DNA from: Octopus vulgaris
Lineage: Eukaryota
Assembly (NCBI GenBank): GCA_951406725.2
Contig: OX597814.1
Span: 156,798,001 to 156,862,000, forward strand
DNA: 64,000 nt
Direction: 5' to 3'
Positions within the stretch are counted from its first letter, which is position 1. Every line of letters begins with the position of its first letter. The position numbers were made by a program, and so were the translations under genes. The notes under the pieces were generated by a model that saw only the letters and a list, made by a program, of their open reading frames with translations, was not told the origin of the DNA and made no database searches. Shown in pieces: positions 37,360 through 50,880 of this stretch.

Positions 37360-37614
37360 TTCTCTATGATTGTGTATCTAGGACTACATAATCCAGTGTG
37401 TCCAACAATTTGAGACAGTGGAGTACGATTTTAAGCAGTGTTTAGCAGTTATTTTTCAGCAGATTGAGGCTTCCAAAAGATGTAGTGTTTCACATTGGAA
37501 TAAATATTACACATAACCTAGAGACAATCAATAATGAATCAAAATAAAGAATGTAAAAGATGCCAAAACCAAAGAAAAATTGCAAGGAAATGAGACAGAA
37601 ACCAAAAGGAAAAG

Positions 37615-37657
<43 letters not shown>

Positions 37658-38637
37658 TACACACACACATCTAAATGGAAAATTCAATAAAAATAGAACA
37701 AAAAATATACAGATTAGAAAAAAAAAATTAATTAAATAAAAGCAATAATGAATGAAGCTTCGGATAATGTTTCTTTAATCAATCTATTTCACAGTAGTTA
37801 TTTTAGGTGTTCTCTGTCCAATATTGAAATCTCAAGTGATAGTAATTAATGCTCAGTAGAATAGAACCAAGATGCAGGAAGACTTTCCAAGAAAAATAAG
37901 CATTCATGCATGATCTGCATGTGAGTTTGTTTATTTCTTTGTAAGAAAAAAAAAAAAAAGAGATGGTTGAAGAAATCACAATGTAGGTGGAAAAGAACAC
38001 AACTGTATTGAATGGATGTAAGCTAAACTTTGTATAAGGACATTATAAAGATGTGTTAAGTTTTACACCACCACCACATACACAGAAACGCATACATACA
38101 TAAATATATACACACTAGTACAAATAAACATACACACACACAGCAATGTTACAGTAATCAATGTAATAGAGTAAGCAGCAAGCTAAATATGTAGAGAATG
38201 GGAGAGGGTAATAATAGGTTGCTTTGTTTATAAACAATGTGAAAGTCATATAGGAACCTTTCCTTTTTGTTCTCGCTGTGTAACATCTTGGGACAAAAGC
38301 TATTACAGTCTCAGGCTGCTAATAGTTTGCATAAGTGAAACCGGTAGGTGAAAAATGTGCAGGAGTTTGGGATAGCCTCATCATTTAATGTCCACTTTTC
38401 CATGCTTGCATTGCTCAGATGGAATTTTTTGAGGCAGATCTGCTACAGTCAGATACCCTACCTGTAGCCAACCCTCACCTGTTTCCAAGCAAGTTATTTT
38501 CCCATAGCTACACATGTTTTTTTGTTTTTTTGTTTCATGGAAGACTGAAAATGAACAGCCTTGCTTGTATGACAATAATGCTCATTTACAACCATCAAGT
38601 GATGTCTAAACAAGGGTACACATAAACACATACACAC

Positions 38638-38671
<34 letters not shown>

Positions 38672-38674
<3 letters not shown>

Positions 38675-39040
38675 TTTTACTTGTTTCAGTCAGTTGACTG
38701 CAGCCATGCTGGAGCACCACCTTTAGTCAAACAAATCAACCCCAGGACTTATTCTTTGTAAGCCTACTACTTATTCTATCAGTCTCTTTTGCTGAACTGC
38801 TAAGTTACAGGGATGTAAACATACAAACATTGGTTGTCAAGTAATGGTGGGGGAACAAACACACACATATATATATATATAGACAACAGCCTTATTTTCA
38901 GTTTCTGTCTACCAAATCCACTCACAAGGCTTTGGTCAACCCGAGGCTATAGTAGAAAACACGGTGCCATGCAGTAGTACTGAACCTGGGACCACATGGT
39001 TGGTAAGCAAACTACTTACCACACAGTCACGCTTGCATCT
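38672..39040 (-). mobile_element. SINE family A, near full length, preceded by a family A/RTE-tail fragment at about 38380-38640
   Basis: TTTTACTTGTTTCAGTCAGTTGACTGCAGCCATGCTGG ... GGTTGGTAAGCAAACTACTTACCACACAG. Confidence 0.88.
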
Positions 39041-39330
39041 ATATACATATAGTATAATCAAAAGGGTTAAAGGTCCTTCTCAAGATGTAGGCTTATAAGG
39101 CTGGTTTCCCAGATTCTGTAGAGTATATATTCCACCACCCCCCCCACATGCACATACACACCTTGACAGGATGCCAATCCATCACAAGATTTTTTTAATC
39201 TTTAGCAACTAAGTGGAGTAGGGCAATGTGAAATAAATTGTTTTGCTCAAGAATACAATACATCACTTGGTCAAGGAATTGAAACAACAATCTTATGATC
39301 ATAAGTGCAGACCTAAAGCATAGTCATATA

Positions 39331-39365
<35 letters not shown>

Positions 39366-41384
39366 TATGCATGTGCGTGTGCATTTTTTTTTTCTTTCTT
39401 CTCCTCTCTCTCTGGCCATTTTTTTCCCTCTCATTCCTTTCTGTCAAAGAGCATAGGTTTGAAATGTAAAGACTAATACACCTGCTTGTTGTTCCCATAT
39501 CTATCTCTGTCTTATGTTTTCTGTTCATTTGAACCATATATATATATACATAATAGATATAAATTCACACAACTTGAAAAGACGGTGTTTTTGTTTACAT
39601 CCTGTAATTTAGTGGTTCAACAAACAGAAATCACTAAGTACCAGACTTTATAAGTAGAATTGGAGCTATTATAATCAACTAAAGCCCTTGAGGCAGAGCT
39701 CGAGTATGACTACAGTTCGATGACCAACACAAACAAAAGAGTCAAAAGAGGCCAGCACAAGCAAAAGAGGTGATTCAGTGTCCATGGTTCTGAGAGACTG
39801 GTGGAAGGAAGGAGAAAGATTTCTTCAGACCCAACACAAGCTAAACAGTAGTATTTAAACAGGCATCACATTAAGTCTACTACCTACAAAATAGGAAAGG
39901 TGCCTCCAACAGGCTTTCACCACATTTTTGTTGACCAAATTTTAACCACAGGATTTTGGTTAGGCCACAGCTATAGCAGAACACACACGCCCCAAATCCT
40001 GTGCAGCAGAAGTGAATCCGAAACTACATAGAGTTGGTATGCAGACCTTCTAGCTATAGAGTCGTATTGTCCACCAAACTCAAAAGCATAGAATGATTAT
40101 GAAACCTTCAGGACATTAACCATTCCACAACAAAACCTCCTACACGAATACACAGCCATTATATTTTTTAATTAATTTTGAAAATAATCAAGAATTCAGA
40201 AGAATTTACTAAAATAATTAAATTTTCATTATTAAGTTGGTGTTGGGAATGTAGTTAAATAAAAGGATTTATTCAAAATTATGGCGAGTTGTTTTCATTA
40301 TTTAAATATGAACAATTTAAAACTGAGTCTTTCTTTCATGGAACAAAAAGGGTTCAAGCTGGTTAGTGTTAAAAGAGTTAATTAAAGCCCTTTTCATATG
40401 CATGTGATAGGGCACTAAAGTTTTCCATTGAAAGCTGCACTTACTATCATTAAACAAAGTAGAAACAAATAGTTTAACATTCAATATAACACAGACAGAC
40501 GTTACTGTTGCACAAGGACTTATAATCACCCTCAATACACACACATCTACATACACAAACTTGTTTGCAAATCTGGCAGATGTCAGAACAAGTGCCTTTG
40601 CTTTTGATCTCTGCGGTTCAAATTCTGTCAAGGTCAACTTTGCCTTTCACCTCTTTAGGGTCGATAAAATACAGTACTAGTCAAGTACTGAGGTCAATGG
40701 TAAGGATCATCCCCCTCCCCTCAAAATTGCTGGACTTGTGCCTAAATCAGACACACTATCATTATTACTATTATTATTAAAGGTGGGAATCTGGCAGAAT
40801 CATTAGGACACCGGGTGAAATGCTTGTGGTATTTTATCTGTCTTTATATTCTGAGTTCAAATTCCACTGAGGTCGACTTTGGCTTTCATCCTTTCGTGGG
40901 GGTTGATAAATTAAGTATCAGAAATACAAAACGGCAGGATGGTTACAGCTACAAAGCCTTTCACCACAGGTCTGCTTACTCAATTAGAACCTGGAGCTAA
41001 ACAGATAAAATACAGCACGAGAACATTCAAGTACTGAGTACAAAGAATACAATTTCATAATAAAGTGTCGCCAACATTTTTGATGTAGTTAGCCAATAAA
41101 CTTTAGTTAATTAAAATTACACTTAGAGCAATAACAAAACAAAAATCAATATCTTCATGATTGATTCTGTTCAAGGAAATTTCAGAATGTAAATTAATTA
41201 AAATTAATTAAATATAAATCTGAAAGAATCAAATATAGCCTTAAACATTAAGTTATAATTTTTACTTGTTGCCATCATTGTTGCTGTCATCATTGTTGTT
41301 CTTTCTGTAGTCACATAGCCCCCAGTTAGCCTTCAACAAATAGACCAATGGTCATGTAAGTAGATAGCTAAATGACTCTCTTTT

Positions 41385-41771
41385 ACTCTTTTACTTGTTC
41401 AGGCATTTGACTGTGGCCATGCTGGAGCACCGCCTTTAGTCGAGCAAATCGACCCCAGGACTTATTTTTTGTAAGCCTAGTACTTATTCTATCAGTATCT
41501 TTTGCCGAACTGCTAAGTTACGGGAACGTAAGCACACCACCATCAGTTGTCAAGCGATGTTGTGAGGACAAACACAAACACATAAACATACACACACATA
41601 CATATATATGATGGGCTTCTTTCAGTTTCCGTCTACCAAATCCACTCACAAGGCTTCAGTCGGCCCAAGACCATAGTAGAAGACACTTGCCCAAGGTGCC
41701 ACGCAATCAAAATGAACCTGGAACCATGTGGTTAGTAAGCAAGCTACTTATCACACAGCCACTCCTGCGCC
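41385..41771 (-). mobile_element. SINE family A, full length
   Basis: ACTCTTTTACTTGTT...GCCATGCTGGAGCACCGCC ... AGCAAGCTACTTATCACACAGCCACTCCTGCGCC. Confidence 0.92.
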
Positions 41772-42064
41772 AAATCCACAGCTCTTGATAGTTGAAATCA
41801 TATGACTGTGAAGTATACTTCTTAACCTCACAGCCATTATATATATCATATTATGAGGTATGTATTTCATGTGTACCCTAGTATGCTATGTGTATCTCAG
41901 TGTGAAAAAATACAAATACATCCTGATTTTAGAGTAGGTACACTACATCCTTGCATACAATACAAAAAGAAAGGAAAGAGTTGATGCTAAGAAGGACATC
42001 CAATCACAAAACACTGCTTCAAAAAAGGTGCTAAGATGAATTTGTTATGAGACCCACGATTGAA

Positions 42065-42345
42065 GGAGCATGGCTTAATGGCTAAGGTCATGATTTCAAT
42101 TTCCAGTGATGTATAATGTCCTAGAACAAGACACTATATTTCACATTGCTCCAATCCACTTAGCTGACAAAATTAAGTGGTACCTGTATTTCAAAGGGTC
42201 AGTCTTGTTGCATTCTGTGTCAAGCTGACCCTCCCTGAGAACTATGTTAAGCCATTTGCACATTAATATCTCAAGCAGGGACAGGTTGTTTCATTAATCA
42301 GATCAGCTAGAACCCTCACCATTATAACTGATGTAGTGACAGTTA
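42065..42345 (+). mobile_element. Diverged tRNA-derived SINE (family G)
   Basis: TGGCTTAATGG A-box-like start and CORE-like GTCCTAGAACAAGACACTATATTTCACATTGCTCC. A related fragment lies at about 43450-43515. Confidence 0.55.
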
Positions 42346-43202
42346 TGAGACCCACAAAGTTAACCCTACCACATCAGTAAGAAACATTTCCTTATTACCT
42401 TAAAATGTATGTTGTAGAATATTATGTCATATATCCAAGACTGAATTATCTAACATGCTCAACCATTATGAAGACTGAAAGAAGAGTTTGAAAGAAAACT
42501 GGCTTCTATTTCTAGCAAGTTAAATGATAACCTAAGAGTTACTTTTGTTGGCTCATAATCCTTAACCATTGTTATTTTGCCTTTGTTAGTTGTGACCAAC
42601 AGACCTGTGATCAACAAATTTCTACCTGTAACCAGCCTGTCTTGTCTTTTTCAGGCACTGTGTGACTAGGAACAGATGACCCTTAAAGTCCTTCTTTTTG
42701 AAGATGGTAGAATGTAATTTTAGTGTAATAGGATGTCATGATAGGCAACAATTTCAAGTAAGGTAAATGTCTGTTGAGGCTCCTGTATTGGTCCGGGAAA
42801 ATCCTTAGTCAAAGCACCAAGTACAGGAGATAAAGCTGTCACCCTCTCTTTATCATGAACAATTACTATGAAGAGTAGCATCTGAATATAATTTGTAATT
42901 TAAATGTTAGAATACTGAATTAAGGTGTTGAACTTGTAAACTCATCAAACACTAAAAAGCACAGAAAATACAAAATAACACATTTCAGGAATAGTTATAG
43001 AGTTAAAAATTTGTAGTGCAACCACATGCCCTCTTGGGTAAGTGTCTTTTGCTTTGGCCCTGAGTTGATAAATAGCTTCCAAGTGAAATTTGATAGGCAG
43101 AAATTGTGTAGGTGTTGTATTTATAAGTAGTCATGTGCTTATAAATATACACACAAACACACACTAAAATAAATATAGCTAAATATATATGTTTGTAAAC
43201 TA

Positions 43203-43240
<38 letters not shown>

Positions 43241-43605
43241 ATGTGTGTGTGTCCATCCTATGGGCTACTATGCAGCTTCTATCTGCCCAGTTTCATTTAC
43301 AATGTAAGGATCAACCTGGAACTATAAAAAAAATGACATTTGCTCAAGTTGCCATGCATTGGGATTGAACCCAGAGAATTCGTGGTTGCAAAGCAAATTT
43401 CTTAATCATTCAGCCATGCTACATATACTAAAACCCAAGAAGTACAATCTTTTCACACCGTCTGTCATGCTGAAACTACCTGAGAATTATATGAAGGGTA
43501 CACATGTCTGTGTAATGTGACCAACAGACCTGTGATCAACACCACATTACATACAAAGCTGGTTTATCAAATTACATATATAAATATACATATATATGTA
43601 CAGTC

Positions 43606-43650
<45 letters not shown>

Positions 43651-43666
43651 TACACACACACAAATA

Positions 43667-43883
43667 TGAGGGGGTGCTGAAAGGTTTCTAGCTTTAGGTA
43701 ATAGAAAATACAGAAGGATCAGTTAATTATGATTTTATTCAACATATTCCCCTCTCAGGTTCACAGATTTATTGCAGTGGTCCCTCAGTTTTTATAAGCC
43801 CTGTAAAAGAACTCCGAAGGTTGGGCCTCCAGCAAGGCCTTTCATGATACCCTTAAAGCCAGGAACTTTTCAGTACTCCTTCA
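43667..43883. mobile_element. mariner-derived MITE (about 217 bp)
   Basis: TIRs of about 30 bp: TGAGGGGGTGCTGAAAGGTTTCTAGCTTTA / TAAAGCCAGGAACTTTTCAGTACTCCTTCA, with TA on the left. The minus strand retains the transposase end KLRDHCNKSVNLRGEYVE*. Confidence 0.88.
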
Positions 43884-45209
43884 CACACACAAATGACAAA
43901 CAGAAGGTGTATTCAATACATGTAGCAAAGTCTAAATATACATAGGAAGAGGATGATTTACTCCATCCCCAGACAGAGTTTACCTCCAAGTCCCAACACG
44001 ATGAACAAGCGCATATAATTAGAAAGTCAGAGTAACAGTTGAGCAACTTATTGGTCTTTTCCAATTAGATGATACATATAAATACACACACACACGCATT
44101 AGTTCATTAAGCAAATATACTTCAAACTGAGAAATCCACCTTACTACTTACAGAAAATAGCATTGTCAGCATGTCCTTCTGTACCTGAAGACTAATATCC
44201 ATTAAGAAGGTTGGAGTGAAAAGTAAATTTATCCTGAATTTCTCAAACTGAAATATATTTCCATTATATTGGCTTCAACATAAGTTATTCTCTTCATTGT
44301 TTGCGCTAGCTATGTAGAGCTATGTACATCTATATAAATTACTACTACTCCAATCACTGGCCACCAACAACAACTACTACTTGTAGTAAAATAAATATAC
44401 ATACACAGCTAAATACATACACAGCTAAATACATACACAGCTAAATAGTCATGTTTACTATCATTGATAACACATAATACAAATATCTTGAGTTAAAAAC
44501 AGATGTGGGTGTTTTTTTTCTTCTTATTTTTGTGTGTATGTAAACAAAAACTTTGACACAAATAGATAGCTTTGTCAATAAACTAAATTGTACAACAACA
44601 ATAATCACTTCTAAATAGTAAAAATACCGTGAAGTATTCACTATAGGGTGGGGAGTGATCATGTACAAAAACATCAGAGCTGATAAGAATTTACTCTGTT
44701 GAAAAGCAAAAGCATGAAAAATATCAAACTTGAACAAGGAAACTTGACCCAAAAAACAGAAACTTCCTTTAATAATTAAGTTCAAAAGAGAAGTGCAAAG
44801 AAAAAAAAAGACTTGTCATTCAACATTTGCCAAATTCATTGAATTCTTGTTAAAAGCTACCTTATATAACTTTACAATACAGCATAAGTTAATGAATGCA
44901 GTTTTATTTTTCTTCACTAATTCATCACATGAATAAACTTGGCATAGATTTTCTTACTCAATGGATATCTTCAAGAAGTGAGGTTTCCAAACTTTCATTT
45001 GTTTAATATATTCAAGTAGACTCTGACAGAAATGTCAGTACACTGTGCAAAATGCTTAACAGCATTTTGTCCATCTCTAAATTCTGAGTTGAAATTCTAC
45101 TGAGGTCGACTTTGCTTTTCATCCTTATGAAATTGATAAAGTTAGTACTAGAAATATTACATTTCTAAATCTCTCAGAGAGATTTACACAGTAGCAGTAT
45201 GATAAAGTG

Positions 45210-45412
45210 ATGGTATGTTGCGAACTTAATGTGGCAGTCCCATGAAAGTGAAGAATGCCATGACACATCTTCTGCATTCTTATCTCCCCTTTGAAAGCAT
45301 AAGGACACAGAAGATGTATCATGGCCAACTGAAAATAGTGTTTCCTAGGGCTAAATAGCAGTAGCATTCTTCCTTTTCATGGGACTGCCACATTAAGTTG
45401 GCAACATACCAT
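45210..45412. repeat. Inverted repeat with 49-bp arms and a nested internal hairpin, inside a family B SINE
   Basis: ATGGTATGTTGCGAACTTAATGTGGCAGTCCCATGAAAGTGAAGAATGC pairs with 45364-45412 with about 3 mismatches. Confidence 0.88.
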
Positions 45413-46883
45413 GAAAATTAGTACTAGTTGAATATTGGGGTTGATGTAATCAACTAGCCCACCCCCGCTCCTGAAATTGTAATCCTTGTGCCATTGAAAC
45501 CAATATTATAGAGCAGACTAAAACATAACCAGAACAATAATAAGGAGTTATGGATAAGTAAGTTCCAGTCTATACCACTCGCCACTACTACCGACAAATC
45601 TATGGCAGACAACAGAATTTTGGGATAAGGGATGGAGAGGCACAGATGTGACTGTGTGGTAAGAACTTAGCTACCCAACAACATAGTTTCAGGTTCAGTC
45701 CCACTGTGTGACACTTTGAACAAGTGTATTCTCCTTTAGCCACAAATCAACCAAAGTCATGTGAGTGGATCTGGTAGACACAACTGAAATATGTATATAT
45801 GCAAACCACACATACACATTGAGGGTTATGCTTTGAGGCAATACACTTGACCAGAGATTTCAGACTCAGATCCAGTAAAGTATTTCACTCCTAAATCCTT
45901 GTTACATTAACTGTGTAAATGAAGCAAGACCAAGCTAACCTGAAATGGTATGGAATCATATAATATATAATAAAGCCAAACGAAATGGTGATATCTTGAA
46001 TACATTTAATACACATGTTTCAAATAGTTATGCAAGAACAAATTTCTTGCATAACTTCCATAGTCAAAACATGTCAAAGCAGAATGTAGCTTCAACCACC
46101 TTGCTTTTCAGTCCCACATAATATAATTCAGATTACATTATCCAGCATAAGATCTGCTTAAACAGCACCAACTAAATAGTGACAACAATATCTTATCAAT
46201 TTGAAAATGTACCAAAAATAAAGAGGAAGCAACTGATTATCTAAATACATTGTTTGACTTTTTGTCATTGCATCCGAGGTCAACTTGACCAGTGATGAAA
46301 TCTGGACACTTGGCAATGACAATAACAAAGTACTGGTTAAAAAAAAAACAGACATCAAAATAAAAAAATAAAAAAAACAGTGGCGGTGCAGGAGATGGAT
46401 TGCTGAAACTCCAGTACTAAGCTGGTACTTTATTTTACTGATCCTGGGAGGATTTTAACTCAGATTACCTAATGGCTGCAAAGCATTTTGACCGCTGCTG
46501 AAAAAATACTGCCAATCTATTTTTATAATGTATTTAAGACGAAAAACATCAGTACCTTATATATTTCAAGAGTGAAAGGCCAAACAACAACAACAGGTGG
46601 ATGAGGTGCAAGAAGAAAGAAGAGTAGAAAGAGGGAAAGGGAGAAGGCAAAAATACAAGAGAAGAAAAGTTAATTATTTTTAAATAGCCACAGGCTATAG
46701 AATAGCCTGAGCATAGTTATGGAATATAATTAAATCTAATTAGCAGAAAGGTTCTCCTTTTTTAGTATCAAACAACCTCGGCCTAGACATATATATATGT
46801 ATGTGTGCATATATGTATACATATATGTGTGAATGTATGCATATATGAATGTGTTTGTGTGTGTGTGTAAACTATATTAATAT

Positions 46884-46921
<38 letters not shown>

Positions 46922-47094
46922 TCTATTTGACATGTACATATGAAAGGGTGTATGTGTGCAAATCTAACAAAACATTCTTAAACATAATAACATAAATAAC
47001 TTAGGTTATTTCATTTTATTTCCTAGGAAAATTTGAAGATTTTCTGTACATGCATATAACTATGTCTTTATTTCTTCAGACTAACATAATTATA

Positions 47095-47324
47095 ACACAT
47101 ACACACACAGCTACAGATACATAGATATATACACACACACAGACATGTATACACATATATATACACACACACAGACATATATACATTTATACACACACAT
47201 ATATACATACATTTATACACACACATATATATACATACAAATATATATATATACATTTATACACACACATATACATACAAATATATATATATACATTTAT
47301 ACACACACATATATATACATACAA

Positions 47325-47361
<37 letters not shown>

Positions 47362-47557
47362 ATATATATACACATACAGAGACATATATACACACATGTA
47401 TATACACACACACACACACACACAGATATATATACATGCATATATAAATATATTCATATTTACAATATATATGTGTGTGTGTGTGTGCATATATGCAATA
47501 TATAAACAATATGTATGACTATATGCATATATATATACACACACACATACATACATA
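47095..47557. repeat. Compound (TA)n/(CA)n microsatellite
   Basis: Directly visible. Confidence 0.95.
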
Positions 47558-48279
47558 TTTGTTGTAATTGCTGTTAATGCTGTTACCTTCCTGTTCTGTC
47601 AAGTGGCTTGTGGCTTGTCAGTTTTTCAGGTTTTTCATTATGCATGCGTGTTGGCTTTTAGCACTAATGAGATTGGTATATTTTTCACCAATACTTATCT
47701 TTACACACACACTCACATGTGCATATGCATGTATATAGTCATGCCTGTATGCACATCATATATGTGTACATATAAGCATGTGTCTTTATATGTGTAAATG
47801 AGAAGTCATTTATGTTGTATGTTTCATAAAATTTATACTGTTATAATTATGTGCATTAAATTGCATTATTTTGCATAATTTCAATTTTTTTGTTTAAAGT
47901 TGAATTGTAATCATCCTTGTAATACTGTTAACTCTGAGGGGTGCCAACAGTGGGAATGATATTGTGTCTGGATGTATTGGTGGTAGAAGAGTTGTTGCTA
48001 TTTACTTTTGTTTTTTAATTTTTTTTTTAATCTACCACTATTATGTGCACAGCATCTGTAACTTGTCTAAGTGGGGGATCATGCGAATGCATAGAAAGGA
48101 TTTTTATCTCAATGTTGTCCATGAACTCAGACCATCATGCTTATTTCGGGCTTGTTAGAAGCAAGAGTAACATCATACACAAAAGTACACACAGCACTAC
48201 TACCACCCTAATTAATAATTATACATACAACACAATATATATAATATAAATTACAAACTACAAAAAATACAAGTAATAG

Positions 48280-48760
48280 AAACAATTTAACTGGGTAACA
48301 GTTGACAACCAGTATGAAAAGTCTTATAACAATCAAACCAACAGAGTTAATTAAGACAAATTACACATGCAGAAACACAACTGAATCAGTCATGTAAAGC
48401 AGAAGCAACCAGATATAAAGTAGAATCACTTCTCGAAAACTAAAACTTGAATACAATGTATAAACACTTTGTAGATATGGCAGAAGGTAAATTCAAATAA
48501 CTTTACTTCAGCAATGATTCTTATTTCAGACATAGTGAAAATGAGGATTACAACAATATTACCTAGTTATATCAGGAGTTTGAAAGAACAAGCTGCTACT
48601 TTCACTATTAAGTGGAAATCCTTGTGCAATACAGACTATAACTGGGAGAAAAACACGCATTATGCATGCTGAGAAGAGATTCAAACCATAAAACTTTAAC
48701 AATTCTGCAAATTCAGTTTGCAAAATAAGAAACCTTTACGAGCTGCTGCCTTAAAAATTT
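48280..48760 (+). pseudogene. Highly degenerate Penelope-like GIY-YIG region from a second lineage (Neptune-like)
   Basis: Remnants in the expected order: TCRNTTE, SCKAEA-RYKV, HFVDMAEGKFK, YFRHSENE, SYIRSLKEQAATFTIKWK, LCML. These resemble YIG-TE-FK-R...SFR...LS-YIW-LK...IKW...C-LC. Confidence 0.55.
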
Positions 48761-49384
48761 CTGGAAATTAAAGCTATCAATCAAACTTTACTACCATACA
48801 CTCATTATTTTAATGACATCATTCATCTCATTATACTCTCCACAACATTCCAGATTTTCTTCATATATATTTTTGTTACATAATATTGATCTGTAATTAT
48901 CGAAGGAAAATAAGTCACTCTTAGTAATGTTTATTTATTGTGAGTAGTGCAGCTAACCCAGCATGCAACACCAGGATTTTTGTTCGTATTGTCCTTGATT
49001 TTTTTTCAAGAATATATTATTTGATGATTAATTAGTTACATAGCAAGGTATGAATCATGAACTATTGATGTATTTTCTTCAAACATTTGCTTGAAATACA
49101 TGTGTACATACAACGTTATAACTGATCAAGCTAACTTATAACTGTAGAAACCTAAAATGTTAACAAACACACTCGTATATAAACACAAAACATGACTCAA
49201 AGTCAAACACAAATGTACTATAATCATATCAACTACTCTGTGAGTGCCATTAAAGTTCTTCTTGGAAAAGCTTAATAACATGATCACTGCTTAACATTTT
49301 TGAATAACTTACAAAACAAAATTTTAAATAATTCAGGATAAAATCCTAAAAATATAACAATAAAATTAAAACTATATAGACACA

Positions 49385-49820
49385 AATGGCTGTGTGGTAA
49401 GAAGTTTGTTTCCCAACCATATGGTTCTGGGTTTGGTTCCACTGTGTGGTACCTTGGCCAAGTATCTTTTATTGTAATTCCAAACTGATCAAAATCTTGT
49501 AAGTGGATTTGGTAAACAGAAACTGAAAGAAACCTATCAGGTGTATGTGGCCATATGCGCACACACACACATTATATTGAATGTATATATCGATGTATGT
49601 TTATCATTGCGTTTGTCATTTGCCACTGCTTAACAACTGGTGTTGGTTTGCTTATGTTCCCATAATATAAATCAGAAAAAAAGACAAACAGAATAAGTAA
49701 CAGGCTTCAAAAAAATAAGTACTGGGGTTGATTCGTTCAACTGAAAGCCTTTCAAGGTGGTGCCCCAGTATGGCCACAGTCAAATGACAGAAACAACAAG
49801 TAAAAACCTAAAAGATAAAA
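49385..49820 (+). mobile_element. SINE family A, full length
   Basis: TGGCTGTGTGGTAAGAAGTTTG ... GGTGGTGCCCCAGTATGGCCACAGTCAAATGACAGAAAC. Confidence 0.88.
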
Positions 49821-50358
49821 GACACAAATAGAGATATTTGCACTTAGTGATTATCGGTTTTGCTCGATATCTCAAACCAATAAAAACTGAGAAAGTGAAC
49901 GAAGATAGTGAATGAGAGATGGGGAAAGAAGAGAAAGAAAGAGAACTAAGATAGTGAATGAGAGAGGGGGTGAAAGGAGAGAGAGAGAAGAAACAAGTAG
50001 CAAGATATAGACAGATGAAAAAGAAATGAACTTTAAATCCTGTCTATAAAACTGCACCCTACAGGTAGATATGATACAGTACACATTGACATCTAATCTA
50101 CAGTTATTTGAAGCAGACATCTCTCTGTTAAGAAGCATGAGTAAACTCTAAGAGATTTCCTGTCAAACACAGGAAGATCACTTAACAAAAATTATCTCTT
50201 AATGAATTACATTGAGCAATATATCATATTACACTAAATTCCTCCTGGAGATAATTTAGAAACACAACCTGCACATATATACATATACTTCAACCATAGA
50301 TATAATATATATTATATATATATATATATTTATATGTATATATATTATATATATATTA

Positions 50359-50860
50359 CCGTAAATCTTTGAGTATAGTCTGCCCTTGAGTATAATATGC
50401 AGGGGATTTTTAGGGGGCTGTACCTCTGAAAAACCTAAACCTTGTGTATAATATGCACCCCTTCTCTAAGGAGGTCTATATAACGTCCTTGGATTGTAAA
50501 AATGTAGGCGGTAACGTCCTTTATTATTATTGTATATATAACATAATGCAAACGTGTAGCTTTTTTGTACATTTTGTTTGCAGAAAATAAAGAAATAACA
50601 GTAATAACGTTTAATAAATGTTGCTTACTGCAAATTATAGATGATCCTTTTATGACTTCATTGCTTTCAGGCTTAGCTAAAGGTATTTTCGCACCCGACA
50701 TCACAAAATGCATCTGAGTACACATAGCCACACAGCAAATAGAGACTCGGACATTGCTTAGAAAATAATTTTCATTTCTAACCTCGTATATAGTACGCAC
50801 TAGGGATTTTGACCTTTAAATTTGGGGGAAAAAATGCGGATTATACTCGAGGATTTACCG
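50359..50860. mobile_element. pogo/Tc2-type non-autonomous DNA transposon (502 bp)
   Basis: TA flanks on both sides. TIRs are CCGTAAATCTTTGAGTATAGTCTGC / GCGGATTATACTCGAGGATTTACCG, with subterminal GAGTATAATATGCA-type repeats. Confidence 0.88.
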
Positions 50861-50880
50861 TATATATATATGTATTATAT

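Noticed and set aside
44396-44446. 16-bp unit x3 (ATACATACACAGCTAA), and a 42-bp duplication near 28355-28420
   Set aside because: Ordinary slippage duplications with no further structure.
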